NCBI RefSeq assembly: GCF_030144855.1
Contig: NC_082709.1
Location: forward strand, 166,160,001 to 166,224,000
DNA: 64,000 bases
Direction: 5' to 3'
From: Hypanus sabinus
Taxonomy: Eukaryota
The position numbers were made by a program, and so were the translations under genes. This document shows, in pieces, positions 13,915-25,313 of the stretch. Below the pieces are notes generated by a model, which had not been told where the DNA came from, ran no database searches, and worked only from the letters and a program-made list of their open reading frames with translations. Each line of letters opens with the position of its first letter. Within the stretch, counting starts at the first letter, position 1.

Positions 13915-14250
13915 AAGATAGGGTGGATGTGGAAAGGATATTTCCTATCCAGAGCTAGAGGGCACAGCCTCCAAACTGAGGGGTGACCCTTTAGAACAGA
14001 GGTAAGGAGGTTTTTTTTTGGGTGGAGAGTAGTAAATCTGCAGAATTCTCTGCCACGGACTGCAGTGGAGGCCTAGTCCGTGCATATATTTGAAGCGGAG
14101 GGTGGTAATTTCCTGATCGTCAGGGCATCCAAGGATATGGCGAGAGGGCAGGTGTATGGTGTTGAGTGGGATCCAGGATCCGACATGGTGGAATTGCAGA
14201 GCAGACACAATGGGCTGAATGGCCTAATTCTGTTCCTATGTCTTATGGAC
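13915..14250 (+). mobile_element. CR1 LINE 3' end
   Basis: Similar to 790-1138 (agagggcacagcctc...ggcctaattctgttcctatgtcttatgg). Confidence 0.75.
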
Positions 14251-14360
14251 AGTGAAAAAATAATGAGTGGCTCCAGCATCTTGAGTGTTACTCCACAATG
14301 ATACATTTCCATGGCAGGATGGTGTGTAACTTAGAGAGCAAAGACAGGACACAAAGAAAA

Positions 14361-14542
14361 CATGCAAAATGCTGGAGGAACTCAGTAGGCCAGGCAGCAT
14401 TTATGAAGGGCAGTCCTAATGAAGGGTCTCGGTCCGAAACATTAACTGTACTCTTTTCCATAGATGCTACCTGCTGAGTTCCTCCAGCATTGTGTGTGTG
14501 TTGCTTGGACTTCCAGCATCTGCAGATTTTCTCTTGTTTGTG
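14361..14542. mobile_element. Fold-back Penelope pseudo-LTR element with mutated hammerhead
   Basis: Inverted arms aatgctggaggaactcag / ctgagttcctccagcatt. The centre agtc-CTAATGA-agggtctcggtcc-GAAAC has a G>A change in the catalytic core. Confidence 0.75.
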
Positions 14543-15165
14543 AGAAACAACAGGAGATTTGTTTTCCCTTTGTTAAAGCTCTTGACCTTCTCACTTGCAG
14601 AGATGATGGGTTAGAAGATGCTGCTAGAATAGCCTGGGCAAGTAGCTGTGGTGATCTACACCTTTTCACCCAGTGGCTGGCCATGAAGTTTAGGACAGTG
14701 ACTGGGGTGCAAATTAAGTAGATTGCTTTGTGCTGGTTGGCATCAAATTTGAGTGAAGATGGAACAATATTCAAAGAAGCAATTGGAGATTATTCCATTG
14801 TATTTCTGGCCTGTGTTCTGTTGATGACTGGATAACCGACAGGCATTGTGAAGGGGAGAGGCAGTCACCACATGATAACCAGAACCCGACTTGCACTTCT
14901 AACTGGTATTTATGCAGCTGGTCCAACTGAATTTATGGCATTGCCATCATAGAGTACCAGCCAGCAATCTTTACCTGGTTGAAGGCAGAGGATTTGGGAA
15001 TAGTAACATTTCACCTTCCAGCTAGCCCCATTTCCCCTTCCCCACCTGTTTTTATTCTGGCATCTTCTCCCTTCGTTCACAGTCCTGAATAAGCATATCG
15101 GCCTGTAATGTCGACTGTTTATTCATTTCCGTAGATGCAGTCTGACCCGCTGAGTTCACAGCAAC

Positions 15166-16346
15166 AGGTCCACTGCAGATGCCGACTCATTGGCTCTTCA
15201 CACAACCCTGGAACATCTGGACAGCAAACAACAGGATGCTCTTTATTGATTACAGCTCAGCATTTAATACCATCACCCCCCCCCCAAAACTAATCAGCAA
15301 ACTCCAAGACCTGGGGTTCAATTGGATCCTCGAGTTCCTCACTGGCAGACTCCAGTCTGTTCTGATTGGCAAAACATCTCCTCCACAGGATGTGTGCTTA
15401 GCCCCCTGCTTTATTTGCTTTACGCCAATGACTGCGTGGCTAAATACAGCTCCAACACTATATACAGGTTTGCTGATGACACCACAGTTGTGGGCCACAA
15501 CAAAGGTGGTGATGAATCAGCATACTGGAGGGAAATTGAAAATCTGGCTGAGTGGTGTAATAACAACAACCTCACACTCAATGTCACTAAGACCAAGGAA
15601 CTGATTGTAGACTTCAGGAGAGGGAAACCAGAGGTTCAGGAGCCAGTAGTCATCAGAGAATCAGAGGTGGAGATGGTCGGTAACTTCAAATTCCTGGGTG
15701 TCACTATCTCAGAGGACCTATCCTGGACCCATCATATAAATGTACTTGCAAAGAAAGCATGACAGTGCCTCTATTTCTTCAGAAGCCTGCGGAGATTCGG
15801 CATGTCATCAAAAACCGTGGCAAACTTCTACAGACGTGGTGGAAGATGTACTGACAGGCTGTATTACTGTCTGGTATGGTTACACCAACACTACTGAGAG
15901 GAAAATCCTACAAAAGGTGGTAGTTTCAGCTCAGTACATTGGTAAAGCCTTCCCTACCACTGAGCACATCTACATGAACTCACCACCCAGCCCATGCTCT
16001 CTTCTTGCTGCTGCCATCAGGTAGAAGGTACAAGTGCCTCAGGACTCGCACTAGCAGGTCCTGGAACAGTTACTACCCTTCAACCACCACGCTCTTGAAC
16101 AAAAGGGGATAACTACACTCATTCTATCTCTGGTGTTCCCACAACCAACGGGATCACTTCAAGGACTCTTTACCTTGTTTCATGGTCTCGTTATTTATTT
16201 ATATTTGCATTTACACAGATTGTTGTTTATTGATCCTGCTTAGTTATTGTTCTATATACTTGCTAAGTATGTCCACAGAAAAAAAATCTCAGCCTTGTAC
16301 ACAGTGACATACGTTCAATCTGATAGTACATTTTACTTTGAACTTT
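15166..16346 (+). mobile_element. Rex1/Babar-type LINE RT fragment, inserted into a Penelope pseudo-LTR
   Basis: Reads [39 protein letters not shown] across frameshifts; tail ctttgaactttt. The host pLTR (gctgagttc...) resumes at about 16348. Confidence 0.85.
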
Positions 16347-17539
16347 TGAGTTCTTCCAGCATTTTGTGTGTGTTGATAGTGGTTAGACATTCTTTTGTTG
16401 GTGATGGTCAGTGGCATTGGGTTATTATCATCAGATACCAAGATACAGTGAAAAACTTGTCTCGCATACTCCTTATACAAATCAAATAATCACAAGGTGT
16501 GTTGAAGTAGAATAAGATACAACAGTAACAATGCAGAATAAAGTGTAAAAGCTCCAGTGGAGGTTAACAATAAGTGGAAGATATTAAGATAGATTGTAAG
16601 GTCAAGAGTCCATTTTATCATAGAAGAGGTCCTTTCAAGAGGGATAGAGTGGGTCAGAATATCCTTAAAGCTTATGCTACTAGCCTTCAGTCTTTTGTAT
16701 CTTCTACCTGATGGGAGAAGAATAGGAGAGAAAGCCTGCGGTCAATGGGGTCTTTAATTATGTTGGCTGCTTTGCTGAGGTGGTCTGGCTTACCTGTAGT
16801 TTAAATCCCATTTATCTAACAATAATATTTCAACAATTTCAAACATATTTATACATTCATAGCAGAATTAACACCAATAATGGGGAGATGACCAAAGAGA
16901 TAGATTTTAAACAACGTTACGAGAGTAGAGGAAGAGAGACACACAGTTCTGTGGGAACTCAGATATAAACAGTCGATGTTTCGGCCCCTGGCCCTTCATC
17001 CCGCTCTGATGAAGTGTTTGGCCGACTTAAGTTCCTGAAGCGTTTCATGTGTGTTAATAAAGACTTCTAGGATAGAGAGTAAAGAGAGAGACGGTGGGGG
17101 GGGGGGGGGAAGAGATATTTAGGGAGGTAAAGCTAAAACCTTGGCAATTTAAGTCACCAATAGTGAAATCAGTTAAATTTGGCGATGAACAAGATGTTAT
17201 AATGTGGTGAGAACTTCACGCCATGGAGACCCGAAACTCAAGACCCTCATTTTAGGATCAACACGTCCCTTTAACGTTTGCAGGACAAAATCTGTAATTT
17301 TAGCTGGGCCTGAGCCCCGTCCTTTGTTGCAAAACAAATAAAAATAGGAACTACACACACCACGATTTCTTCCATTCACAACTTGTTGATAAAAAAAATC
17401 AAATTTATATTTTAAATATGAATGGCAGAAAATCATGCCCCTTTAGTTATTTCATTTAACAGATGTTCGACGGCAAGATCTCCTATTGCTCAGTCGAGTT
17501 ACTGGCGCTTACACAGTACAGACTTGTAGATTGAAGTAT

Positions 17540-17682
17540 TTGTGATTGGCTGCGGTTTGAGTAACTTCGCCAGGGCGGAGTTTTGGCTTTGCAGCGCCAT
17601 TTGAGCGTAAAGAGCCTTTATTCGTCCTGGTTCCTGTTGCAGCACGTGTTTGTGTCTGGGTTTCAAAGATCCGTAGGTGAGG
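17540..17682 (+). promoter_or_regulatory. GART: GART promoter and probable non-coding exon 1 (donor at 17677)
   Basis: ATTGG 17545; GC box gggcggag 17573; YY1-like cgccattt about 17595; E-box CACGTG 17643; donor tag|gtgagg. Nearest CpG-rich segment upstream of the ATG exon. Confidence 0.7.
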
Positions 17683-19789
17683 TTGCAGACTTCTGCTATT
17701 ACTTTAAATCGTTTTAAGGCATTTTTTTCCCCTCGTCTTTCATCGATTTGAATTGTAAGCGATAGTGTAGTCTGTAAGAGAACGCATGTGCTGCAGTTAG
17801 AGCTCAGATAATAGTTATCACTTGACTTTTTTCCAAATAGTAATATAACTGTGGCCTCGTCTGGATTATCTTCTAGTAGTGAAAGCAATTGGAGTGTTGC
17901 AACGTGGATTCGGTGATTGTTACCAGAAATGAGAAGTATCAAGGAGATATTGATAACTTAAACGTTTTCAACTTCAGTGATGTGATTGTGACATCTGATT
18001 CTGCTTATTTTTTTTGTTTGGATCAAGGCGTTTCTGCTCATTAATGATGTGAGTAAAAATGTTCAAAGTGCTCTTAAAACAAATTCGGCAATTAAGATAT
18101 GAAATTCACCTCAGGCGGAAAAAAAAAGAGCCCCCAGGTTGTCTTTGCAAAAGCAATCGATACTTTCTTTCACTTGGGTGACTGGTGATTGAAAATGGGG
18201 AAAAATGCGGATGCTGACCTTCTGAACCAAAACAAGAAAATGCTGGGAGAAACTGGGCAGGTCAGCAGTGTTTGTAAACGGAGTTCTCAATGCTTCTCAG
18301 AGGAGGAAGAATCAGGTACTTTAAGTGTTAACTCTTTCCACAATTACTACCTGGCCTGTTGTGTGTTTCCAGTCATTTCTGTTTTTATTTAAACCAAGGC
18401 TACCTATTGTCTCGCTGTGAGCAAGACCAGGGTTTAGAGTTTAACTCATAACTCTTTTTTTTAAATGGTATTTATAAAAATCTATTGTTTTTTGAAATAA
18501 AACTCAGTATGCAAAAATCTCTGACTTTGATTTCCTGATCTTTGTTTGCAACAACTACAGTTACCCTAAAAAAATAAGTTTATTTATGCTGATAATCTTT
18601 ACAGAAAAATTCCACAGTGGTTCTCATTCTTATTAGGGTAGGCAAAGCAACTTTACCTGGAGTGAAATCAAATATTCTGGCATCTTTATGATAAATGCAT
18701 AAATTCAGATTTTACATCTGCTCCCAACATATATTAAATATAAATTTCATATGTGTGTCCTTCTATGACCTCCCATTTCTAGCTCTCTAAATACATCTAG
18801 CCATTCCACTCCTCCAGTTTTCAGTTCCAATGCTTCCCTGATTTCCCTCATTCTTACACTGGTGGCTGAGTCTAACTACCTAGGCCCTAAACTGTGAAAG
18901 TCACTATGTAAACTGTTTTTGCCCATTAAAATGATCTTCCTAATTAAACATTTGTCCAGTATCACATTGTATTTTTAGTGATGTTCCAGTAATGTGATTT
19001 TGAATGTTTTGCTTCATAAGTTGTTATGTAAATGCAAATAATTAATATTTTAACTTTAAAATTTACAAATAATGTATTTTATTGGTAATCTTTGCATGAC
19101 AGGTTGCAAGAATTAAAATGAGTAATTCTGAAGATAAATGTAGGAATTAAAGCTCATCCATAGATGAGAGTTTTGGAGTGGGATTGGAGGGATCGTTATT
19201 TAGGGAGTATCGTAATGGGACATACGGTTGGCTAAAAATTCTGAAAAATCTGGTCAATTTTCAGATCTTGACCTGTTTTGAAGGTGAAGCTTCATTGTTA
19301 GTTGAAGACTAGTCAAGTATAGACTGCAAATTTAGTACTGGCTTCATCAGTGATGGCAATCGTAATGTTACAAGCCCATTGGGTGTAGAGGGCCTGCAGT
19401 GTGGAGCAAGAATTGGCTTCAGGTACTCTTTTGACAGTAACTTTACACTTATAACCAGTAGGAATGAAGTGAGAAACAGAGAAATTGAGCTGATACCCCA
19501 TCTACACCCTTACCTGCCTACAGACAAACACTGTGTTATCTGCCCAGTGTTATCAGACTAAATAGCCAAACATTCAAACTTGGAAAGTATTCAGTAAAGA
19601 TTTGCTGAAAATATACTATAAATGCTTAAGCTGGTCTTGCCTTTAAACCTCCTTTTATTTATGCATTCATGGAAAGCAGGTTGCTGGCTTTTAAACTCCA
19701 TCTCTGAGCTAAGCAGGAGTTTTTAAAGTTGACTACATTTGGACAATCTTCCACCACACTTCGGCTGGATGAATGAGGATGACAGGCTT

Positions 19790-20000
19790 CATTTTCTGAA
19801 GGATGTTAGTGAATCACATGGGACTTTTTTATTATGACAATCCTGCTTGCTATTACTGGATGAGCTTTAGTTCCAGATTCATTTCATGACTTGAATTTAA
19901 ATACCCCACGTTCCATAGTGAGACTCAAAACAACTATCCAGGTATCAATCACTAAAATCTCTTGGCTACTAGTTTAGCAACTTAACCAGCACACCATTGT
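19790..20000 (-). mobile_element. Old tRNA-headed SINE (related plus-strand copy at about 32135-32350)
   Basis: The two copies resemble each other (ttcaaatccacagtggtagc...atttagatttaag). Family not determined. Confidence 0.45.
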
Positions 20001-22174
20001 ACCTGCTGATTTGTACAGATTGGTAATGATATTCTGACTTGCGATTTTAGTAAATTATTATCATGGGTTCAAGGAGGTGGCTACAATGTGGTCACAAAAC
20101 AGAAAATCGCCCATTGTTTGGAATATCTCTTTCCTTCACAGGTTGTGCTTAACAGGGATTTGAGATTATGACTTAATCAATGTGAGACTGCTGTAGGCAT
20201 GTATAGGATAGCGGGTATACCAGAGGTATTCACTGCACGATTTGAGACCATCTTGTATCTCAGCCATTCCGTTGACATTTACTCCTAGTGGAGGCCTTTC
20301 CTTGTAAAGGTAATTGGTTATCAAAAGGCTTTGACTTTCTAGTACACTTGAGGCCTAATTGCAAATAAGGGATAAACGATGGGCTGCTCTGACACAGTAG
20401 GTAGTCTCATGCAGTAGATAGGAAATACATGTTGATCTTCTTCCATGAGATTGTGCAGTGTTAGACAGTCCAGTGTTTTGATGTGAATTTTCCTTCTGGT
20501 GGGAGCAGAATTTTGTAGCTGAGGTGTGGAGGTGGCCACTGAATTCTTTCTCGTGGAGACTGGTGCAAAGCTTCATTCTGTGCCCTTGACTATTGTCAAG
20601 GTCTGTGTTGCATTGCAAACGTGCTCCTACATAATAGATGAGGAATGGGAAGTTTAGAGAGTGGATTGGGAATTTGCCCCTTCTGAAAATAGAATAGTTG
20701 ACTCGAGCTCCACTGATCTCTGCCAGCTATGACTTGGACAACCTTGACTTCTGGTGGCTTTGCTCCCATAGGGCTGGAGATAGCAGCATTGGCCCTTGGG
20801 ATTTGGTCTCTAGAGATTACATTTCGTCTCCTCCACGTCCATTTTTCTCTGATGTCTTGGTTGCCGTAAGTCATTGTCCTCTAGCTACCACCTGTAAGGC
20901 ACGTGTAGTAGACCTGCTACCAAGACATTCATGGTAAAGAGGTGGTAATTCTTCACTCTGCAGCTGTCACAATTTCACTTTCCATTCCATGCTTGTTCCT
21001 ATAGATCTCCATGATGTCGAGCAACTGATTTTTCCCTCTCCTCACTAAAAAGGTAAAAGTAATTACCATATCAAACAGTAAAGATGTGATACAAAGTTCA
21101 AAGTAAATTTATTATTAAAGTCCATTTATTACTGCACACAACCTTGCGATTCATTTTCTTGTGGGCATACTCAATAAATCCAATAATCATAATAGAATCA
21201 TTGAAAGACTGCACCAACAGGGGAGACAACCAAATAAAAAAGAAAGAAAAAAGTAATAACAATAATAAATAAATAGGCAATAAATATTGAGAAGAAGAGA
21301 TGAAGAGTCTTTGAAAATGAGACCTTTGGTATGGAACAGTTCAATGATTGGGCAAGTGAAGTTGAGTGATGTTCAAAAGTTGCATGAGGTAAAAGGCCAT
21401 TCCCTCTGTCCCATGCTGTTTTTTAATCAGATGTGTGTGAAACCGTTTTACAGATAGGTTTAAAAAGCATGTTTCACGGTGAGAGAGTCATGGTACACTC
21501 TTTCTACTGAAGTGTCAGGATTCCCAACAAATGCTCGAAACTAGGGAAATGGTCTGGAAATATCAAGATACAGTCACAGAGGATCATCAAGGTGCGAGAA
21601 TTAAGGCAGCCTAAATAGTTGTCTTGTCCAAACTTGTCTTATGATCAGTATATCTGTAATTTCTGTATTAAATTCTAGTTCCATATATAGAGGCTGAGCC
21701 TGTTTTGTTAATAGCCTATTATCTGAGTGGTTGGAAAGCACGAGTAGATCATGAGGTCAGTCTGCAGTTCTCCACTCGTGAAGCATATTACATATCTGAG
21801 TCTATTGTCTGTGACTTTTCATATCACAGTCAGCGACTATCTTTCCAATCTGTACAGAGTGAATTTTGAAGTATATTTTTTGAAGTATGTTGGATTGAAG
21901 TGGTTTACTTTCAAAGTATCAACAGATATTAAGTACATCGCTCCTTCCTTTTAAACTTTGATTTTACAATGTGTTCTTTATCTCATGAGCTACTGTAAAA
22001 GGTCAGTTTTGACAGTGAGTTTTAGCAAGTAAGATCCATTTATAATTAATGCTGCTCTTTTGCTATTACATTGAGATCCAATATTTTGATTTCATGGGCT
22101 GCTACGTTGAAATGTGGGTACATTTAATCATGTTTGTTTTTGCAGAGGTGGGACAAGACTAAAATCTTAATGAG

Positions 22175-22505
22175 GCACAGGAGCAGAATGAGGCCATTTG
22201 GCCCATTGAGTCTGCTGCACCATTCCACTGTGAATGATTTATTTTCCCTCTCAACCCATTTTCCTGCCTTCTCCCTGTAACCTTTGACACCCATTACTAA
22301 TCAAGAACCTATCAACCTCCTCCTTAAGTGTACTCGATGACTTGACCTTCACAGCAGCCTGTGACAATGAATTCTATACATTTTCCACTGGAAAAATATT
22401 CCCAGTCATCTCTGTTCTAAAGTGAGGTCCTCCTTTTTTGCGGCAATGCCCTGTAGTCCTAGACTCACCCGCTATAGGAAAGGGTCTCTCCATCTTCACT
22501 CTAAC
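22175..22505 (-). mobile_element. CR1 LINE 3' end
   Basis: ggagcagaatgaggccatttggcccattgagtctgct... is the reverse complement of the CR1 tail. Confidence 0.75.
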
Positions 22506-22684
22506 CATAACCATTATTTTTGCTGTTATAAAGATCTTTTTCACACCTGCTGATTCTTTTATCTGTCAACGAAATTGATTATAATAGAATTTAAAAGGCC
22601 CAATTGTGTAGAAAACATGATGCTTATTTCTGTGATTACATATTTCTGTATTGGGGTGCTAACCTCTCAAGCAGCAGATTTCCT

Positions 22685-23337
<653 letters not shown>

Positions 23338-25053
23338 TGATAGAAGCAGCAGCAACAACAACGAATGGAGCCCCTTCCCCATTCATACACCTAGACCTGC
23401 TGCCAACCCCAGGCCAGGCCCACCTCCAGTCCTTGTCCCTGGATTTTCAGATTTGCAGACTTTGGGCCTCTATCTTCAGACTTCACCCCAGGACTCGCTA
23501 ATCGCAGGTTTGTCGTTCAGGCCTTGACTTCTGGACACGCACGGATCTCTGACTTGAGGGACCTCAGTGACTGTGACACGGCTTCCAGGATCTCTGATAT
23601 TTGTCCATGGAGTGCTTTGACCTGGACTCTGAAATCCTTCCGGGATCCTTCATTTACTACTCCTGACTTCTAGATCCTCTTCATCCCTGTCCCTAAGCTC
23701 TAACCTGATCCCTAACTTCCCACGCTGTTCCCAAAACCATCACTACAAACCGAAAAAGAAAGTACAACTGTCCTCATGTTAATAGATATGTAAGCAGGTA
23801 ATTTAATAATATTATACTGTGCAGTTTGGGGATATGTATTTAGTTCCAATTAATATAATAAAAGTATTAAAGATGAGCAATGTATAATTAATTCCTAACA
23901 GTCTGGACTGGCAAAGAGGAACTCTTGACGGAGTGAAGATTGGAAATCGTGTTATTCTTTAGAATTTTCTGAAATTATGCTGCAAAATCTGTTGTGTGTT
24001 TTTGTAAGTCTGATGTCTGATGAAACTACTTGATCTTCAAACCTGTTTGGTACCCCATTCATTTTGTACGGGGGTACAGATGGTGACAGTTTTGAGTGAT
24101 CCTGTATTTGATGTTGCCTCCACAGTCCAGAACTCTTCACCGCGTGGGTGTATTTAATGTGACTATCTTCTACCCAATGGCCTGCTGAAATCTTGGTCTT
24201 ACTTCAGAAACAGTTTAAATACTCCGAGCTATGAAGGTCTATCCTTGATCCCCTTGGGATAACATCAGATAATTTTATTTGTCCAAAGTACAAGTGTAAA
24301 CAATTGAAAATTTAAACAGAACAAATTAAAATCCACAATGATTGAAAGGGGAGGATGCTGACTATTTTGTGTATTTCCTTTTTTGATTTCTAGTATTTTT
24401 AATGTATCTAATCTGTTCATAGTTAGGGAGTACCATCTAATCTATGGATTTATGTGGCCATTGCAAAACACTTATCATTCCATTGCCTTTGTTTAGCAGA
24501 CCTCTTCTCATCTGTGCATTAGTTGTAAAAGTCCTCGGTTATCTCTGTTGTCTGTAGATAACCTTTCTGATATTGATAATCAAAGTTCACAGAGGAAAGC
24601 AAGTGACCTACTTAAATATGTCTGCCTCTTGCTTTGAGGCAAAGGCCATTTCATAAATCTGTGGTAACAATGCAAATTATTCTGAATTTTTATGGCTAGA
24701 CAGAACTAGTGATATAATACTTTTCTCAGTGTTAAAATTTAACAAATTTGCATCAATGTTAAAGTTGCCAAATGGTTGGATTGGCACAATGAGTTTTGAA
24801 TTTTAGTCAACACCATAAGAAACAAACATATGAAGTTTGCAGCTACCCATGATACATTTGGTATAAAGATTTTAATTTTGAGATCAATTTCTTTGAAGTT
24901 GAAGCTAGAGGTTTGTCAATGAAGTTAATATGATGATGTATAGTTTTACTTTGGTAACCTGTAAATTCAAAGAATCATCTTGCAAAAGATTTCCCTTAAA
25001 AGTTATCTTTCCATATGCATTGTGCAAACAGTCTTGTTTTTTTTTCGTTGCAG

Positions 25054-25149
25054 CTGTTTCTGTCAGCAATCATGCAATTCTTGCCCAATACTGCAAAGAC
25101 CACAACATTGGCCTGGTGGTGGTTGGTCCAGAGGCTCCCCTTGCTGCAG
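25054..25149 (+). CDS. GART: GART exon 3 (VSVSNHAILAQYCKDHNIGLVVVGPEAPLAA)
   Basis: GARS motif VVGPEAPL; tgcag|...cag|gtaaac; 96 nt, phase 1. Confidence 0.97.
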
Positions 25150-25313
25150 GTAAACACAGTGTCTCTGACACTGGGCTACAGGAGAGTGGCACTGCTCTGA
25201 ACTGGCTCTATGTTAGTGCATCATTGGTTTTGACCAGTAATGAATAAGATTAATGCAACTTAATAACCTAATAAACACAAAAGTCTAGTTGGAATCTCCT
25301 TAATGGTTTAGGT

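Noticed and set aside
14412-14450. Other hammerhead copies (about 2875, 3635, 14412, 15080, 16970, 31190-31245, 31597-31630, 59900) as active ribozymes
   Set aside because: Each has substitutions or deletions in CUGANGA, GAAA, stem II or the cleavage triplet.
17096-17109. G14 run upstream of the GART promoter (and C20 at 39493-39512) as functional G-quadruplexes
   Set aside because: Simple homopolymers next to or inside TE remnants, with no further support.
17499-17942. 147-aa antisense ORF across GART exon 1
   Set aside because: Non-ATG start and no recognisable homology; overlaps the promoter and intron.
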